The notes beneath the pieces are model-generated. The model made no database searches. It was given only the letters and a program-made list of their open reading frames with translations, and was not told the DNA's origin. Made by a program: the position numbers and the translations under genes. DNA of 63,232 nucleotides, the filler included, from Octopus bimaculoides (Eukaryota): NCBI RefSeq assembly GCF_001194135.2. It is 4 parts of 4 records of this genome, joined end to end, with 100 filler letters (N's around TTAATTAATTAA, not from the genome) between each part and the next. Parts side by side here need not be neighbours in the genome. Positions count along the whole stretch, not along the records: positions 42,751 to 53,782 come from NC_068985.1; positions 53,883 to 63,232 come from NW_026400758.1; 2 more parts are not named here. One strand, written 5' to 3'. Positions within the stretch are counted from its first letter, which is position 1. Each line of letters starts with the position of its first letter. Positions 50,891 through 63,232 of the stretch are shown here, piece after piece.

Positions 50891-53400
50891 CTACACTGAG
50901 TGTTTAATACAACATGACGCAGACTGTGCCCTTGACAAAAGTATTGTGCAGAAACTTCCATAAACCCTGGTCCAGCAAGTAGTATTTTGTTTGGGTGTGA
51001 ACCATGGATCTTTATTGTAGTTGACACCAAGCACCTGAGGGTATTTAAGATGATATGCTACAAGCAAGCACTGCAGCTTAGTTAGGTGACCTGTTGAAAG
51101 AATAATTCAGTCAGTAAAGTTGGTGACAATGGTCAGACAAGGAAAACTGAAATATTTTGACCATGTTATCTGGGCCTAGAAATTCAGTGTGCACATCCTC
51201 AGGGACTGGATGGCTGGAAAACAGGATTGATAAAAAGTAACGTATTGATTTGGGGTGGCTGGAGCAGCTGAACTGTTTGAGCATCATTCAAGATGTCTTG
51301 TAATATTTTCTGTTCTGGCTCTTTAGGTTCTTTGTGCTTGTGATGACAGTAGTGTCAGTCTGTATCAAAGGCCTTTCCCTTTGATAAACCTCTGTGGTGC
51401 AGAGAAGGTCAGTTCGAATGCATGGGCAACTACCAGCCTTCCACAAAAAAATAGCTTGTTCAGACTTACACATGTGCAGATATAGGGGGTCACCATCGAC
51501 CAATGGAGGCCTTATGTGATTTCTTTGTCCATATTCTTTAATTTATTTGGAGAGATTTAGTTACATTTATACATGATCAACAGCACCTTTCTGATCTTCT
51601 CTCACCCATCCGACCTCCACACAGTGTTTACCTTCACCTCAGTGAAAGCAGAGGTATTGCTTTTAGTCATTTTCTTTGTCCATGGACAAGATATCTCAAG
51701 AACCACTGGATGGATTTGGATGTTTGGCCTCATGACTGGCACAAACTGTTTAGATCTTGGGATCGATCTGCTCCTGGACAAGGATTCTGGATTATTTTTC
51801 CTGTGTTTTTACTTAATATTTGAGAGCGGTTGGGTTCATTTTTAGTATTCTTGTTTATGTGAGCAGCTGAGTTTATTTCAGATATTCTCATTTTAAAAAT
51901 CATCTCTGACTAATTGTTGAGAAGACGTTGGTGTTGCCTTGGCAGAGGTTTGCACTCTCCGAGTGGTCTTGTTTATAGTAAAATTGTTTTGAAATCATTG
52001 TCAGTAATGTAAATATTCTCTGACTTTCTCTCTCTCTCTCTCTTACACACACACACACGCACAAACACACACATACACAGTCACACATACACACACACAC
52101 ACGCACAAACACACACATACACAGTCACACATACACACACACACACACTCACACACACATACAGTCTACTTGCATGCTCTTATTCTAGAAAATTTGATAC
52201 TGTTTGATTTCTCCTCTGTGGATTTTATATTGTAATAAACACCTTATTTTTACATACTTACTGTTTCCCTTTGCAAAAAATATTTTTAAAAATCATACCT
52301 GTAAGGATACCAGAATCCAGCCTGCCAGGTTGTGCCATCTACTGTAAAACCAGTTGTGTATGACATCATAATTTCCTATATTTTTTAATCTCTGATCAGC
52401 CCAAATCATGCAAACCTTTAGATCAAAGACACTTCAGATATGACCATCATATCCTTATTTCAACATAGTGTATCTAGGATTATATTAATCCATTGTGTCC
52501 TGCCTTTTTTGTTTAGAATAGTAGCACATGATTTGAAATAGTTAATTTTCATGGAGTAAAAAACAATTTCACTGAAATTTTTTATGCCACCAAATAAAAA
52601 AGACACTTTGTAAGTGAGAAGAGTGTCAACAATTTCAACAAACTCACTAAATAAAATAATTGTAAAAATATTTTAAAATGTTCAAAAAATGATACAATAT
52701 TGCATTGAATCTTTTGTCTGGAGTATAATGAAGACTTTTACATGGAGAGAAGAAAAAAAATAACAATGATTAACTCTTTTTAATTCTGCCTATCCATCTG
52801 AGACCACCTCTAGTTCCATGGTATGGAAACTGTCCATTTTAAAGTGTTCATATTTAAATTAAAACCTTCCATCACAACATTTATTAAATTATGTTCCAAA
52901 CACCAACTGAATAATGAACAAGTTAGTTATTTTTACTAAATCTCTCCATATTCCTGGTTCTTTTCACAATTCATTAAAATACAGACAGTTCTTGTGTTTT
53001 ATTAGAAATATGGTCACAAAGGAGTTTTAAACCAGCAAAATGCAAAATGAAATTGAAGGAAGGCTCAAGCTTGGCTGTTATAGTTAAGAGGCTGGATTCA
53101 CAATCACATAACCATATTCTTTCGGTTTCATTGTATAGTGTGTGTGTGTGTGTGTATGTGTTTGGGCAAGTGTTTTCTACTATAACTCGTGAATTATCTG
53201 ATGCCTTATCAGTGAGTTTTGTACATAGAAACTATGCAGTGATTTTGTGTGTGTGTGTGACAGCATCATCATCATCATCATCATCATCATTGGAGTTATG
53301 TCCAGCCAATTAGAAAGAAGTACTCAAAAATAAGTTTAAGAATGAAGAGAATATTTAATCCATGATATATAGAATGTTCAATCCATATATATATATATAT

Positions 53401-53545
53401 AGTGGTTGGCGTTAGGAAGGGCATCCAGCTGTAGAAACTCTGCCAATTAGATTGGAGCCTGGTGTAGCCATCCGGTTGCACCAGTCCTCATCAAATCGTC
53501 CAACCCATGCTAGCATGAAAAGCGGACGTTAAACGATGATGATGA
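53401..53545 (+). mobile_element. RTE-like/SINE 3' tail fragment ending in (GAT)n
   Basis: GGCGTTAGGAAGGGCATCCAGCTGTAGAAAC...CCAACCCATGCTAGCATGAAAAGCGGACGTTAAACGATGATGATGAT. Confidence 0.5.
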
Positions 53546-53826
53546 TATATATATATACATGTATGTATGTATGTATATATGTATGTATATATATATGTAT
53601 GTATGCATGTATGTATATATGTACACATCATGTTAAACTGTTAATTTCAATACATTTTTTCTCTCTCCATTTGTTCTCTTCTCATCCCTTTCTGTCGAAG
53701 AGCGTAAGCTTGAAACATCAAAGACTTGCCAATTTTTCCCTAGCATGAAACTAATACACCTGCATGTTGTTCTCTCACCTGTNNNNNNNNNNNNNNNNNN
53801 NNNNNNNNNNNNNNNNNNNNNNNNNN

Positions 53827-53838
53827 TTAATTAATTAA
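53827..53838. other. Artificial scaffold linker TTAATTAATTAA
   Basis: 44N-12-44N layout. Confidence 0.9.
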
Positions 53839-54484
53839 NNNNNNNNNNNNNNNNNNNNNNNNNNNNNNNNNNNNNNNNNNNNTATATTAAGAACACATTT
53901 TAATGTAGTCACGTGATCCATTATTCCAGTATCGAGTACATTAAAATGCGTGAATATATAGTGTAATTAGTGTGTGTGGATACCTAATTAAAATGTTCAT
54001 AATTGTCCAAGCAGGAAAATATAATTTATATCACTATCAACAATTACATTACATTACCAAAATGTAATTGCCTCGCAGGAAGCTCACCGTCGAAACACTT
54101 ATTACAATATTTTTGTGTTTTTTTTTTCTTTATTTGGATATTTCATTTTTGTTATCGTCATCATCAACAACAATATTTTTTCCATTGCCATCATCTTATC
54201 TTCAGTATCACTAATATGAGTTTCATGACCATTATAACTATTATCATCATCATCATCATCATCATCATAGTTGTCAGCAGCAGCATAAGTAGCTGCAAAA
54301 ATGATATTACCATTATTATGATCATCATCATCTCTATCTTCAGTTCATCATCTTCGCTTTTACTATCATCATCATTATCCTCACCATCACCTCTAGCAGG
54401 TGGAAATCATTATCAATATTTTAAAGAATTGTGAAAAAAAGCCTCTAAATATACATTGTACCAAATGCATAGCACTAGTACACC

Positions 54485-54783
54485 ATCGTTTACGATGTCG
54501 AGTGTTCCAAGGGATCAGCATGCTCGTGAAATTAACGTACAAGTGGCTGAGCACTCCACAGTCACACGTACCCTTAATGTAGTTCCCAAGGAGATTCAGC
54601 GTGACACACCGAATTTGACAAGGCTGGCCCATTGAAATACAGGTCGAACTCATTTTTGCCAGATGAGTGAACTGGAGCAACGTAAAATAAAGTACCTTCC
54701 TCAAAAACACAATGCACTGCCAAGAATCGAACTCGTGATTTTGCAATCGTGTGCATGGTATCCTAACTACTAAGCCACGCACC
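54485..54783 (-). mobile_element. SINE family 2
   Basis: Homologous to 10115-10437. Confidence 0.75.
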
Positions 54784-54876
54784 TAATATGTAGAAATGGT
54801 ACCTAATAACACGATTTATAAGAGATCCAACATGCAAAAACGATAGAAATGCTGTAACATCTGGCCAGAGATTTGG

Positions 54877-55068
54877 TACAGTTCTATATTTAAGAGATGA
54901 GGAATTATGTACCTTATTTACATTAGTTACATTATTTACATTCGACAGATATTTGTCCTCATCTTGTTTGTTGTTAACACAACGTTTCGGCTGATATACC
55001 CCCCAGCCTTCTTCAGGTGTCTTGGGGAAATTTCAACCCTGGGTTCTCATTCCTAAGGTATTTTTCGA

Positions 55069-55117
<49 letters not shown>

Positions 55118-55210
55118 AGTGTTGTTGTTATTGTTCATGTCACTGCTTGGAATCGAACTCGGAATCTTGGGGTTAGTAGCCCGAGCTCTTAACGACTACA
55201 CCATATGCCC
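54877..55210 (-). mobile_element. tRNA-headed SINE-like element with hammerhead-bearing tail (full copy)
   Basis: The minus strand reads GGGCATATGGTGTAGTCGTTAAGAGCTCGGGCTACTAACCCCAAGATTCCGAGTTCGATTCC (A box, 7-nt anticodon-like loop, B box), then (AAT)n, a unique body, the hammerhead motif and a TGTAAATAA-repeat tail. Confidence 0.8.
54976..55021 (-). ncRNA. Minimal type I hammerhead ribozyme motif
   Basis: GACAC-CTGAAGA-AGGCTG(loop)CAGCC-GAAAC-GTT-GTGTT: CUGANGA and GAAA cores, stem II, palindromic ACGU stem III, GUU triplet, stem I GACAC/GTGTT. Confidence 0.65.
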
Positions 55211-55229
55211 GTTGGCATAGCACTCCACA

Positions 55230-55440
55230 GTTCGATTCCAAGCAGTGACCTTAACAATAATAATAATAACATCGAAAAATACCTTAGGAATGAGAACCCA
55301 GGTTCGAGGTTTCCCCAAGACACCTGACGAAGGCTGGGGGATATATCAGCTGAAACGTTGCGTTAACAACAAACAAGATGAGGACAAATATCCGTCGAAT
55401 GTAAATAATGTCAATAATGTAAATAATGTAAATAAGGTAC
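55230..55440 (+). mobile_element. Second, 5'-truncated copy of the hammerhead-tailed SINE-like element
   Basis: Starts at the B box GTTCGATTCCAAGCAGTGAC and is the reverse complement of the left copy through to the TGTAAATAA tail. Confidence 0.8.
55319..55364 (+). ncRNA. Minimal type I hammerhead ribozyme motif
   Basis: GACAC-CTGACGA-AGGCTG(ggggatatat)CAGCT-GAAAC-GTT-GCGTT, with one stem I mismatch. Confidence 0.6.
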
Positions 55441-55817
55441 AGAGATTTGGTAGTTCGTAGTCTTTCAATGATGCTGTGAAAGTACGAGTTGTGTCTGTAG
55501 CAAACACACCCCATTCTCACTAACCTAGTACAGTAGCTAGACAACTACGGAATAATGCAGCAAAAAATTGGTCGACCTCTTGATTAGGATAGTAGAATGT
55601 AATCTATAAGAGGTTTGTTTGCTATTTCTAGCAGTTCAAATGACCAGATGCTGCTTCATTGTATCACGATAAATCGTGAGCTCTCCGGTTGTTCCTCTTG
55701 ACCTTGTTCCTCACCTTCTAGATCACACAATCAGCTAATAATTCCTTTCCTAGGCCAGCAACCATCCGGAATTCACTCTCCATCAACGTTCTTGCTTTAC
55801 TTTGCTATTTTGTTCGT

Positions 55818-55891
<74 letters not shown>

Positions 55892-55902
55892 ACTCTCTCT
55901 AT

Positions 55903-55950
<48 letters not shown>

Positions 55951-56161
55951 ATGAATTACAGACACCTAAAATCTTAACACCAATCACCTCAGTACCACTA
56001 TATTAAGAGCATCTACTAAAATCTTACGCAGTGTATGTTTATGCATCTCCTACGACGTAGATAACTTATTTGAATACATCACTTCTACACGATGATACGA
56101 TATATATTAATGTAAAGACAAACAGCAAAGCGCCATATGTCTCCACAATTTCACAAGATAC

Positions 56162-56522
56162 CTAACATATTTCTAAGTGGAAACATCTGTTAGTCTCACG
56201 AGACCATGGATCTGTGCCAGGAAACACTTGTTTCGGTCTTGTTGGCAGAGCAGCAGCTGATGTGACTGTAGAGATTCATATGTGATTGACATAACAACGA
56301 AACCTCCGCTAGCTGAGCCATGTATATCGCATGTCAGATACAGGGATCCTGGAAGACCTGCAATGTGGAGTATCGGCAACAGAACCCAAGGGTTATTCCA
56401 TTATCTCTGTTGTAAATGTCTGCAAGAGAGACAATTTCTTTACATGAACTTTGGCAGCTAGAGGAACTGATTACTTTTAGCTGAGACTGGGAGTAAACAA
56501 GAGGAGAGACTGAGCTTTGCTG
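56162..56522 (-). other. Exon-like segment without a full open frame (non-coding or decayed exon)
   Basis: Textbook acceptor ctgactgttttcccgtcctttttgcttttctgcag(cag) and a possible donor TAG|gtatct. All frames contain stops. Confidence 0.35.
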
Positions 56523-58394
56523 CTGCAGAAAAGCAAAAAGGACGGGAAAACAGTCAGGACAAGACGGTGCCTTCAAATGCAATCTCTGCAGCTGATGATG
56601 TTTCTATAGGCTACTCTCATAAAAATGGTCCGAGAGCAGTGTCTCTGAACAAGATAATTGACATCCCTTGTGTTAAGCTGCCTTGTATTTCTATATGTGT
56701 GTTGCTGTGTACATTAGGAACTACGTTTTAGTATGTGTTAGGTTATCACAATAGAATAATTATAAATACTACATCATACAATTATCCTGTTCATTATTTC
56801 GTTTCTTCGTTTCGTTATTTCACCAACAGATAACGAAACTAGATAGGAAACATTCCAGAAGTTTCCCATGAGAGAAAAACATCGTTGTGGAATTTCATTA
56901 GTTAAGAATTTCAATTAATGAAAGTTAGCTTATATGGTGAAACCTCAGCTCTATTCTCAACTGACGCGCTTTGTCAATTTTAGACCTAAACTTCTGCCTA
57001 TTCCTGACATCTTTAATTCGCTTCTTGTTAACAACTTCGTCGCAACGTTTTTATTTGCTTCGCTTTGTTTTTCTTGTTTTCCTTGCTGCTTTTGTTTGTT
57101 TTTATAATTTTGTTGCTTTGTGTGTTTGTGTATGTGAGTGTGTGTTTACTTTCTTTCTTTATGCCTAACTATTAGGTTTCTTTTTCTGCTTTGCCTCTTG
57201 TATTTATCTGTGCAAATGTCAGGCTTACAACGACTAAGAATAGCGTTCGTATCAATTACTGGCTTTGATAGAGTCAACTCCTCTCTAGAATCAGTAGACC
57301 AGTACTCAATATTGTGAACAGCAGTTGCAGCAGCAGCAGCAGTAGGAGGAGGAGGAGGACGAGGACGACGACGACGAAGAATGGTGATGGTGGTGGCAGT
57401 GGTGGTGATGGTGTAGTCGTTGTCGTCATCCTAAAGATACTAATATTAGTAGTATTAGTAGCTTTGGTACACATAGGGTTGAGTAGACGTTGTCCCTTTG
57501 GTAGCGGTGGTGGCGGCGTAAATGGTAATGGTTGTAATGTAATTAAGCGCTAGAAGTCTTATTACCTTGGATCTATGGTGGTAGTAGCGATGGGAGAAAT
57601 GATGACAGCGGGTCCTCGCAATTTGTAAGACTATAGAGTGTGGTTTGAGAAAGATTTGGCTGCTATGTCTAGTGGTTGAAGTTGCGGCTTCCTCATTAGC
57701 ATTGTTGTTGGTGGTGGTGGTGATTTCTGCACGCTGCATTGTGAGCCCTTCTCAGTTACGACCATTTAGGAAAGAGGTAGTGGTAGTAGTAGTAGTAGCA
57801 GCAGTAGTAGTAGTAGTAGTAGTATTTATTGTTGTAGGAGCAGCAGCCGGTTGAGGTGGTATGACGGTGACGGTAGTGTTGATATTGTTTATGACAACGA
57901 TGGCATTGAAGATTGAGGGAGAAGTATCGATTTTTGTTAATATTGTAGTTCGTATTCAGATTGCTGGTTGGGAATGGAAATAGTGGAAAAGGTGGAGGAG
58001 GAGGTGGAACAGGAGAAGAAGGAGTGATGGTGATGGCGGTGGATTTTCATGTTAGTTTACGTTGTGCTTTTTTTTTAGAGGTGTTCTTTTGTTATGATAG
58101 TGTTCATGGTGATGATAAAATGGAAATAGACAAGTTTAATAATAAGCTTCCTGTATAAGTAGGAAATTGACAAATGCAATATTTAAGATGGAGCTAATAG
58201 CAAGGTTAGTGGAAAGGTAAGAGGTGAATAAAGTGACGGTGGTAGTTTTGGTAGAGATGGCAGTAATACTACAGCAATAGTATAATCGTACTGTATGTAT
58301 ATATGTATGTATGTATGTATGTACATGTGTATGCGTGGGAAAAAGTATATATATATATATAATATACAAATATATACATATACGTGTGATTGAG

Positions 58395-58432
<38 letters not shown>

Positions 58433-58760
58433 GCCATGATTGATCGCTAACCACTACACATTCTTTCTCCTTTTTTCCTCTTTTTTTCTCCTTTTTTCTC
58501 CTTGTTTCTCTCCTGTGTTCCTTTCTGTGGAAGAGCGTAGGCTCGAAACGTTAAAGACTTTTTCTATTCCCGAGCGTTATACTAATACATCTGTTTGATT
58601 TCTACACCACCTGTCTTCGTCTATTGTTTTTTTTTTTGTGAATTCTCCCTATATATATATATATACACACACACACACATGTGGAGGCGCAATTGCCCAG
58701 TNNNNNNNNNNNNNNNNNNNNNNNNNNNNNNNNNNNNNNNNNNNNNNACGTGTGATTGAG

Positions 58761-58798
<38 letters not shown>

Positions 58799-59045
58799 GC
58801 CATGATTGATCGCTAACCACTACACATTCTTTCTCCTTTTTTCCTCTTTTTTTCTCCTTTTTTCTCCTTGTTTCTCTCCTGTGTTCCTTTCTGTGGAAGA
58901 GCGTAGGCTCGAAACGTTAAAGACTTTTTCTATTCCCGAGCGTTATACTAATACATCTGTTTGATTTCTACACCACCTGTCTTCGTCTATTGTTTTTTTT
59001 TTTGTGAATTCTCCCTATATATATATATATACACACACACACACA

Positions 59046-59230
59046 TGTGGAGGCGCAATTGCCCAGTGGTTACGTCAGCCAACTCGAGGTCGTAGGATCG
59101 CGGTTTCAATTCCCAGACCTGGCGTTGTGAGAGTTTATTGAGCGAAAACACTTAAGGCTACAGCAGGCTCCGGCAGGAATTGGTGGCGAACCCTGCTGTT
59201 CTCTTTCAGCACAACTTTCACTCTTTCTTC
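59046..59230 (+). mobile_element. SINE family 2, head portion
   Basis: GTGGAGGCGCAATTGCCCAGTGGTT...GCGGTTTCAATTCCCAGACC, the reverse complement of the 23597 head. Confidence 0.8.
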
Positions 59231-59261
59231 CTGTTTGGAAGAAAGAGTGAACTTTTGATCA

Positions 59262-59668
59262 AAGTGGCAGTGTGGTAAGTAGCTTGCTTACCAACCACAT
59301 AGTTCCGGGTTCAGTCCCACTGCGTGGCACCTTGGGCAAGTGTCTTCTACTATAGCCTCGGGCCGACCAAAGCCTTATGAGTGGATTTGGTAGACGGAAA
59401 CTGAAAGCCCGTCGTATATATGTATGTATATATATATATATATATATGTGTGTGTATGTGTGTTTGTGTTTGTCCCCCCACCATCGCTTGACAACCGATG
59501 CTGGTGTGTTTACGTCCCCGTAACTTAGCGGTTCGGCAAATAGAGATCGATACAATAAGTACTAGGCTTCCAAAGAGTGGGTCCTGGGGTCGATTTGCTC
59601 GACTAGAGGCGGTGCTCCAGCATGGCCGCAGTCAAATGACTGAAACAAGTAAAAGAGTAAGAGAGTAA
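59262..59668 (+). mobile_element. SINE family 1, near full length
   Basis: GTGGCAGTGTGGTAAGTAGC...CCGGGTTCAGTCCC...GACTGAAACAAGTAAAAGAGTAAGAGAG. Confidence 0.85.
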
Positions 59669-61264
59669 ACAAATTGACTACCATCGTTTAAATATTTTTC
59701 AATACAAAGCTTGAATATTGCTTACAGCCGTTTCTGCTGCCAACGTCAGTCGGTGCCGCCAAAGAAAATTATGAAGATAATATTTGTCATTCGTGAATCA
59801 CTATAAAAGACGTTTGTTTTTTCAAAAGGTAGTTTCTCTATTAAAATGTGAGTACCCTCATTGCAATAGATGGAGACAAGAGTGAATCTCTTCTGCAAGT
59901 AGTCTTTATTTTCGAACGGGATTATTGATTTCCCGCAAATATTCTTAATTATGTGCATGAAAATTATACAGTAATATGGATGCATGTACAGTTGGACTTA
60001 TTTGAGATGTATCCGTATAGTTAGACTTATATAAGGTGTATCCCCAGAGTTGGATTTATATATGTATCCGTGCAGATGAAGTGCCAATTTCTTAAATTAA
60101 TGTTTGTCGCTGAGCATATCGCAGACAAGCGTTTTCGAGATATAATTTTCGGCACGACAGAATGTTACAAAGCTGAACCTTTCAATTAGAGTTACAATAT
60201 ATTCGATGAGCTTCAACAGTCTGTCTACTAAATTTTACTCACAGGCCTTCGATTATGTCAACCCAAACCTTGTGAATGAAACTGGGTAGACGTAAGTATT
60301 CCATCGATATTTACACAGGCATGCACACGATAATATATATATACACGAATATACAAAATCCCGCCCACGTATACATTCAAAAGCACCCACACATATACAC
60401 ATATTTGTATTCCGGAGATAATTTATTCTCATAAATCTCCCAAGACGAAGGTTATGATGCAAGAATAGATTCGTAAGTCTGAACAGAAATATTAGTAGTT
60501 ACTTATCGTCTGCCTACTTATGTTTGGATATCGCCATGAATAATTGTAAGTTTTGAGTGTATTGGAATTTGTGTGTGTATGCATATATACGTTTGTGCGT
60601 ATTTATTGTCAATTAGTTTCTATATGAATGTATTTATGTATGTTTGTGTACGCACACGTGAATGCATGTGTGTGAGCGTGCATGTGTGCATGTTTTTGTG
60701 TACATTTAGTCCAACAGCTATTCAAATATGAAGGGGTTTTTTCCCCCAATGTTGGAAGCTACAATAATATATTTTTTCTTTATAATCTTCCTTTGAGCTA
60801 AATTCTTAATCTGTCTCTTTCACGTTCTGTCACGCTGGATCATTCGTCTTCTCATTCATTCCTCCTCACTCTCACTTTACAAGTATGTATGTGTGTGTGT
60901 ATGTGTGTGTGTGTGAGTGTTTGTATTCACACAATAAATATGCTAGTGTGTTTGTGTGTCTATTATGTGTGTGTACTACATACATAACATTCATACATTT
61001 ACGTACACTCATACACGTACATTCAGGCGCGCACGTATATATACAACACATGAAAATGCGTGAGCGTGTGTGACGTGTAAGGTAAAATGATTAACTATCC
61101 GGAACAAAGCTTTGTATAGTCAACGAAAAATCCAATTGAAAGGAACATATATTTGGTTAAGTAATGTTGTTTACCGTATATATGACAAACATATATCAGA
61201 CTGTACACATTTTCTGTATTGAGGCACTTTAATATATTTGTATATTTGAGTACCATAAAAAATT

Positions 61265-61307
<43 letters not shown>

Positions 61308-61309
61308 TT

Positions 61310-62670
61310 AAGGCGCCGAACTGACAGAATCATTAGCACGTCGGGCAAAGTGCTTGGCGGTATTTCACCCATCGCTACGTTCCGAGTTCAAATTCCACCG
61401 AGGTCGACTGAAGTCGATGTAATCGACTGTTCCCCTCCCCATAAAATTTCAGGCCTTGTGCCTATAGTGGAGAGGATTATTATTATTATTGTTGTTGTTG
61501 TTATTATTGAGGCGGCGAACTAGTAGAATCGTTAGGACGCTGGACGAAATGCTTAGCGNNNNNNNNNNNNNNNNNNNNNNNNNNNNNNNNNNNNNNNNNN
61601 NNNNNNNNNNNNNNNNNNNNNNNNNNNNNNNNNNNNNNNNNNNNNNNNNNNNNNNNNNNNNNNNNNNNNNNNNNNNNNNNNNNNNNNNNNNNNNNNNNNN
61701 NNNNNNNNNNNNNNNNNNNNNNNNNNNNNNNNNNNNNNNNNNNNNNNNNNNNNNNNNNNNNNNNNNNNNNNNNNNNNNNNNNNNNNNNNNNNNNNNNNNN
61801 NNNNNNNNNNNNNNNNNNNNNNNNNNNNNNNNNNNNNNNNNNNNNNNNNNNNNNNNNNNNNNNNNNNNNNNNNNNNNNNNGTTCTGAGTTCAAATTCCGC
61901 TGAGGCCGACTTTGCCTTTTATCGTTTCTGGGCCGATGAAAATAGATATAAGTTGATCACAGAGACCGATGTAATCGACTTACCCCAACCCCTGAAATTG
62001 CTTGCTTTGTACCAAAATTTGAAACCTAAGGCGGTGAGCTGGCAGAATCGTTAGCACACCTGACAAAGCGCTTAGAAGCATTTCATTCGTCTTTACGTTC
62101 TGAGCTCAAATTGCACCAAGGTCAACTTTGCTATTCATCCTTTCAAGGTCGATGGAATAAGTACCACTCAGGTACTGGTGTCGATATAATCGACTTAATC
62201 CTCTCCCTCAAAATTTCTGGCCTTGCGCCAAAATTTGAAACCATAATTATTATTCAAGCTGACAGGCGAAAATTTGTAATGCTGAGTTTGTTCCATCTCT
62301 CCAAGTTCGGAATCCAACTTTCGCCCACTTCAACTTTGCTTTTCATTCTAGCGGAGCGGTAAATTAAATAAAACACTAGTGAAATACTGGAGTCGTTGCC
62401 TACACCCAATTTTCAAACCTTGTATCTACGATAGAAGCAATTATTAAAACATCCTTTTATTTTAATTATGGATTGTCAGAAATGACATAGGGATGGAAAA
62501 ACTGTAGTATTTAATAACGGTCCTATACATTCAGAGTTCAAATCACAACGATGTTAAATTTTCCATTAATTATTTCGGGACCGATAAAATAAACTATTGG
62601 TGAAACACTGATCATCGTTTTAATGGAATCTACCCTTCTCCAATATGTGTGGCCTTATGCCCATTCTTAA
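61310..62670 (+). mobile_element. Cluster of 3 clear and 2 degraded same-orientation SINE family 3 copies
   Basis: Heads AGGCG(C/G)...GAATC(A/G)TTAG at about 61310, 61510 and 62029 share GAGTTCAAATT; more diverged homologues at about 62260-62450 and 62520-62670. Confidence 0.75.
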
Positions 62671-63232
62671 GATTTATATCATAGGTGAAGTGTAAAGGGA
62701 TGATGGATTAGCAGAAACAGTAGAGCACCGAAGAAAGAAGCTTCGATATTCAGTTACACCTTTATTCATTGCATCTGATAGAAAGCTTGTATTACACCGT
62801 GATCCTATCGTTTATGGCACTACTGAATCGAGGCTAATACAGGGTTAAGCAACGACACACTTCTGAACTTAGCAGTTCAAAATTAACTGTTACTATTTAC
62901 GTCTCGGGATTCTAAACGCGAATGCCGCCATGATGGAATTCGCCTTTCTCATACGTCACTGAGGCATAAGTAAGGTCTATTCAATACACTCACAATTTTA
63001 TTCGTCTACAAAATTGGCTTCCTACATAATATAGTTATTTTTATGAAAAATTGTTGATATTCCCGCTGCTATTTTTCCTGTTCATCATTTTGCTATATTG
63101 GCCGCTTTGATATATTTTTCTACTTGTTTCTGATGCTTATGTAAATATATATAACCGACGCTATTTTCTATTCATTCCTTTCTTTGTTGCTATAACTTTG
63201 GTGCACGATTTATAGGCACGCACATTTATATA

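Noticed and set aside
55140-55210. tRNA gene
   Set aside because: It has A/B boxes and an anticodon-like loop, but no complete acceptor stem and it continues into a repeat body, so it is a SINE head. The same applies to all other tRNA-like heads in the window.
58525-58560. GGAAGAGCGTAGGCTCGAAACGTT hammerhead-like motif (also 53694-53725)
   Set aside because: It lacks the CUGANGA core in register with stem II, so it is at most a decayed remnant.
58382-59067. Apparently exact ~320-bp tandem duplication (58382-58701 and 58748-59067)
   Set aside because: The copies look identical and sit either side of an N-gap, typical of unmerged overlapping contig ends rather than a real duplication.

Overview
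Eukaryotic, AT-rich draft-assembly sequence with about 14 N-gaps, very rich in microsatellites. The tRNA-headed SINE families and the repeat landscape resemble an octopus/coleoid cephalopod genome (inferred, not verified). Most of the window is transposon debris. There are five Dong/R4-type RLE LINE pieces in or next to (TAA)n tracts in the first 15 kb, a Tx1/L1-like LINE remnant, a CR1/L2-like fragment, a mariner fragment, a MITE with an 8-bp TSD, Penelope-like remnants and many SINEs of three families. A minus-strand host gene that I cannot name runs through the repeats. Three phase-compatible open exons (21140-20966, 11188-10637, 9335-9213) encode about 283 aa of S/N/T-rich sequence, and there are weaker upstream exon candidates and a decayed coding-like block. 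The most notable observation is a tRNA-headed SINE-like element whose tail carries a minimal Penelope-type hammerhead ribozyme motif. It occurs as a tail-out inverted pair enclosed by one 13-bp direct repeat (54866-55452). Most long ORFs in the supplied track are artefacts of microsatellites or N-runs.
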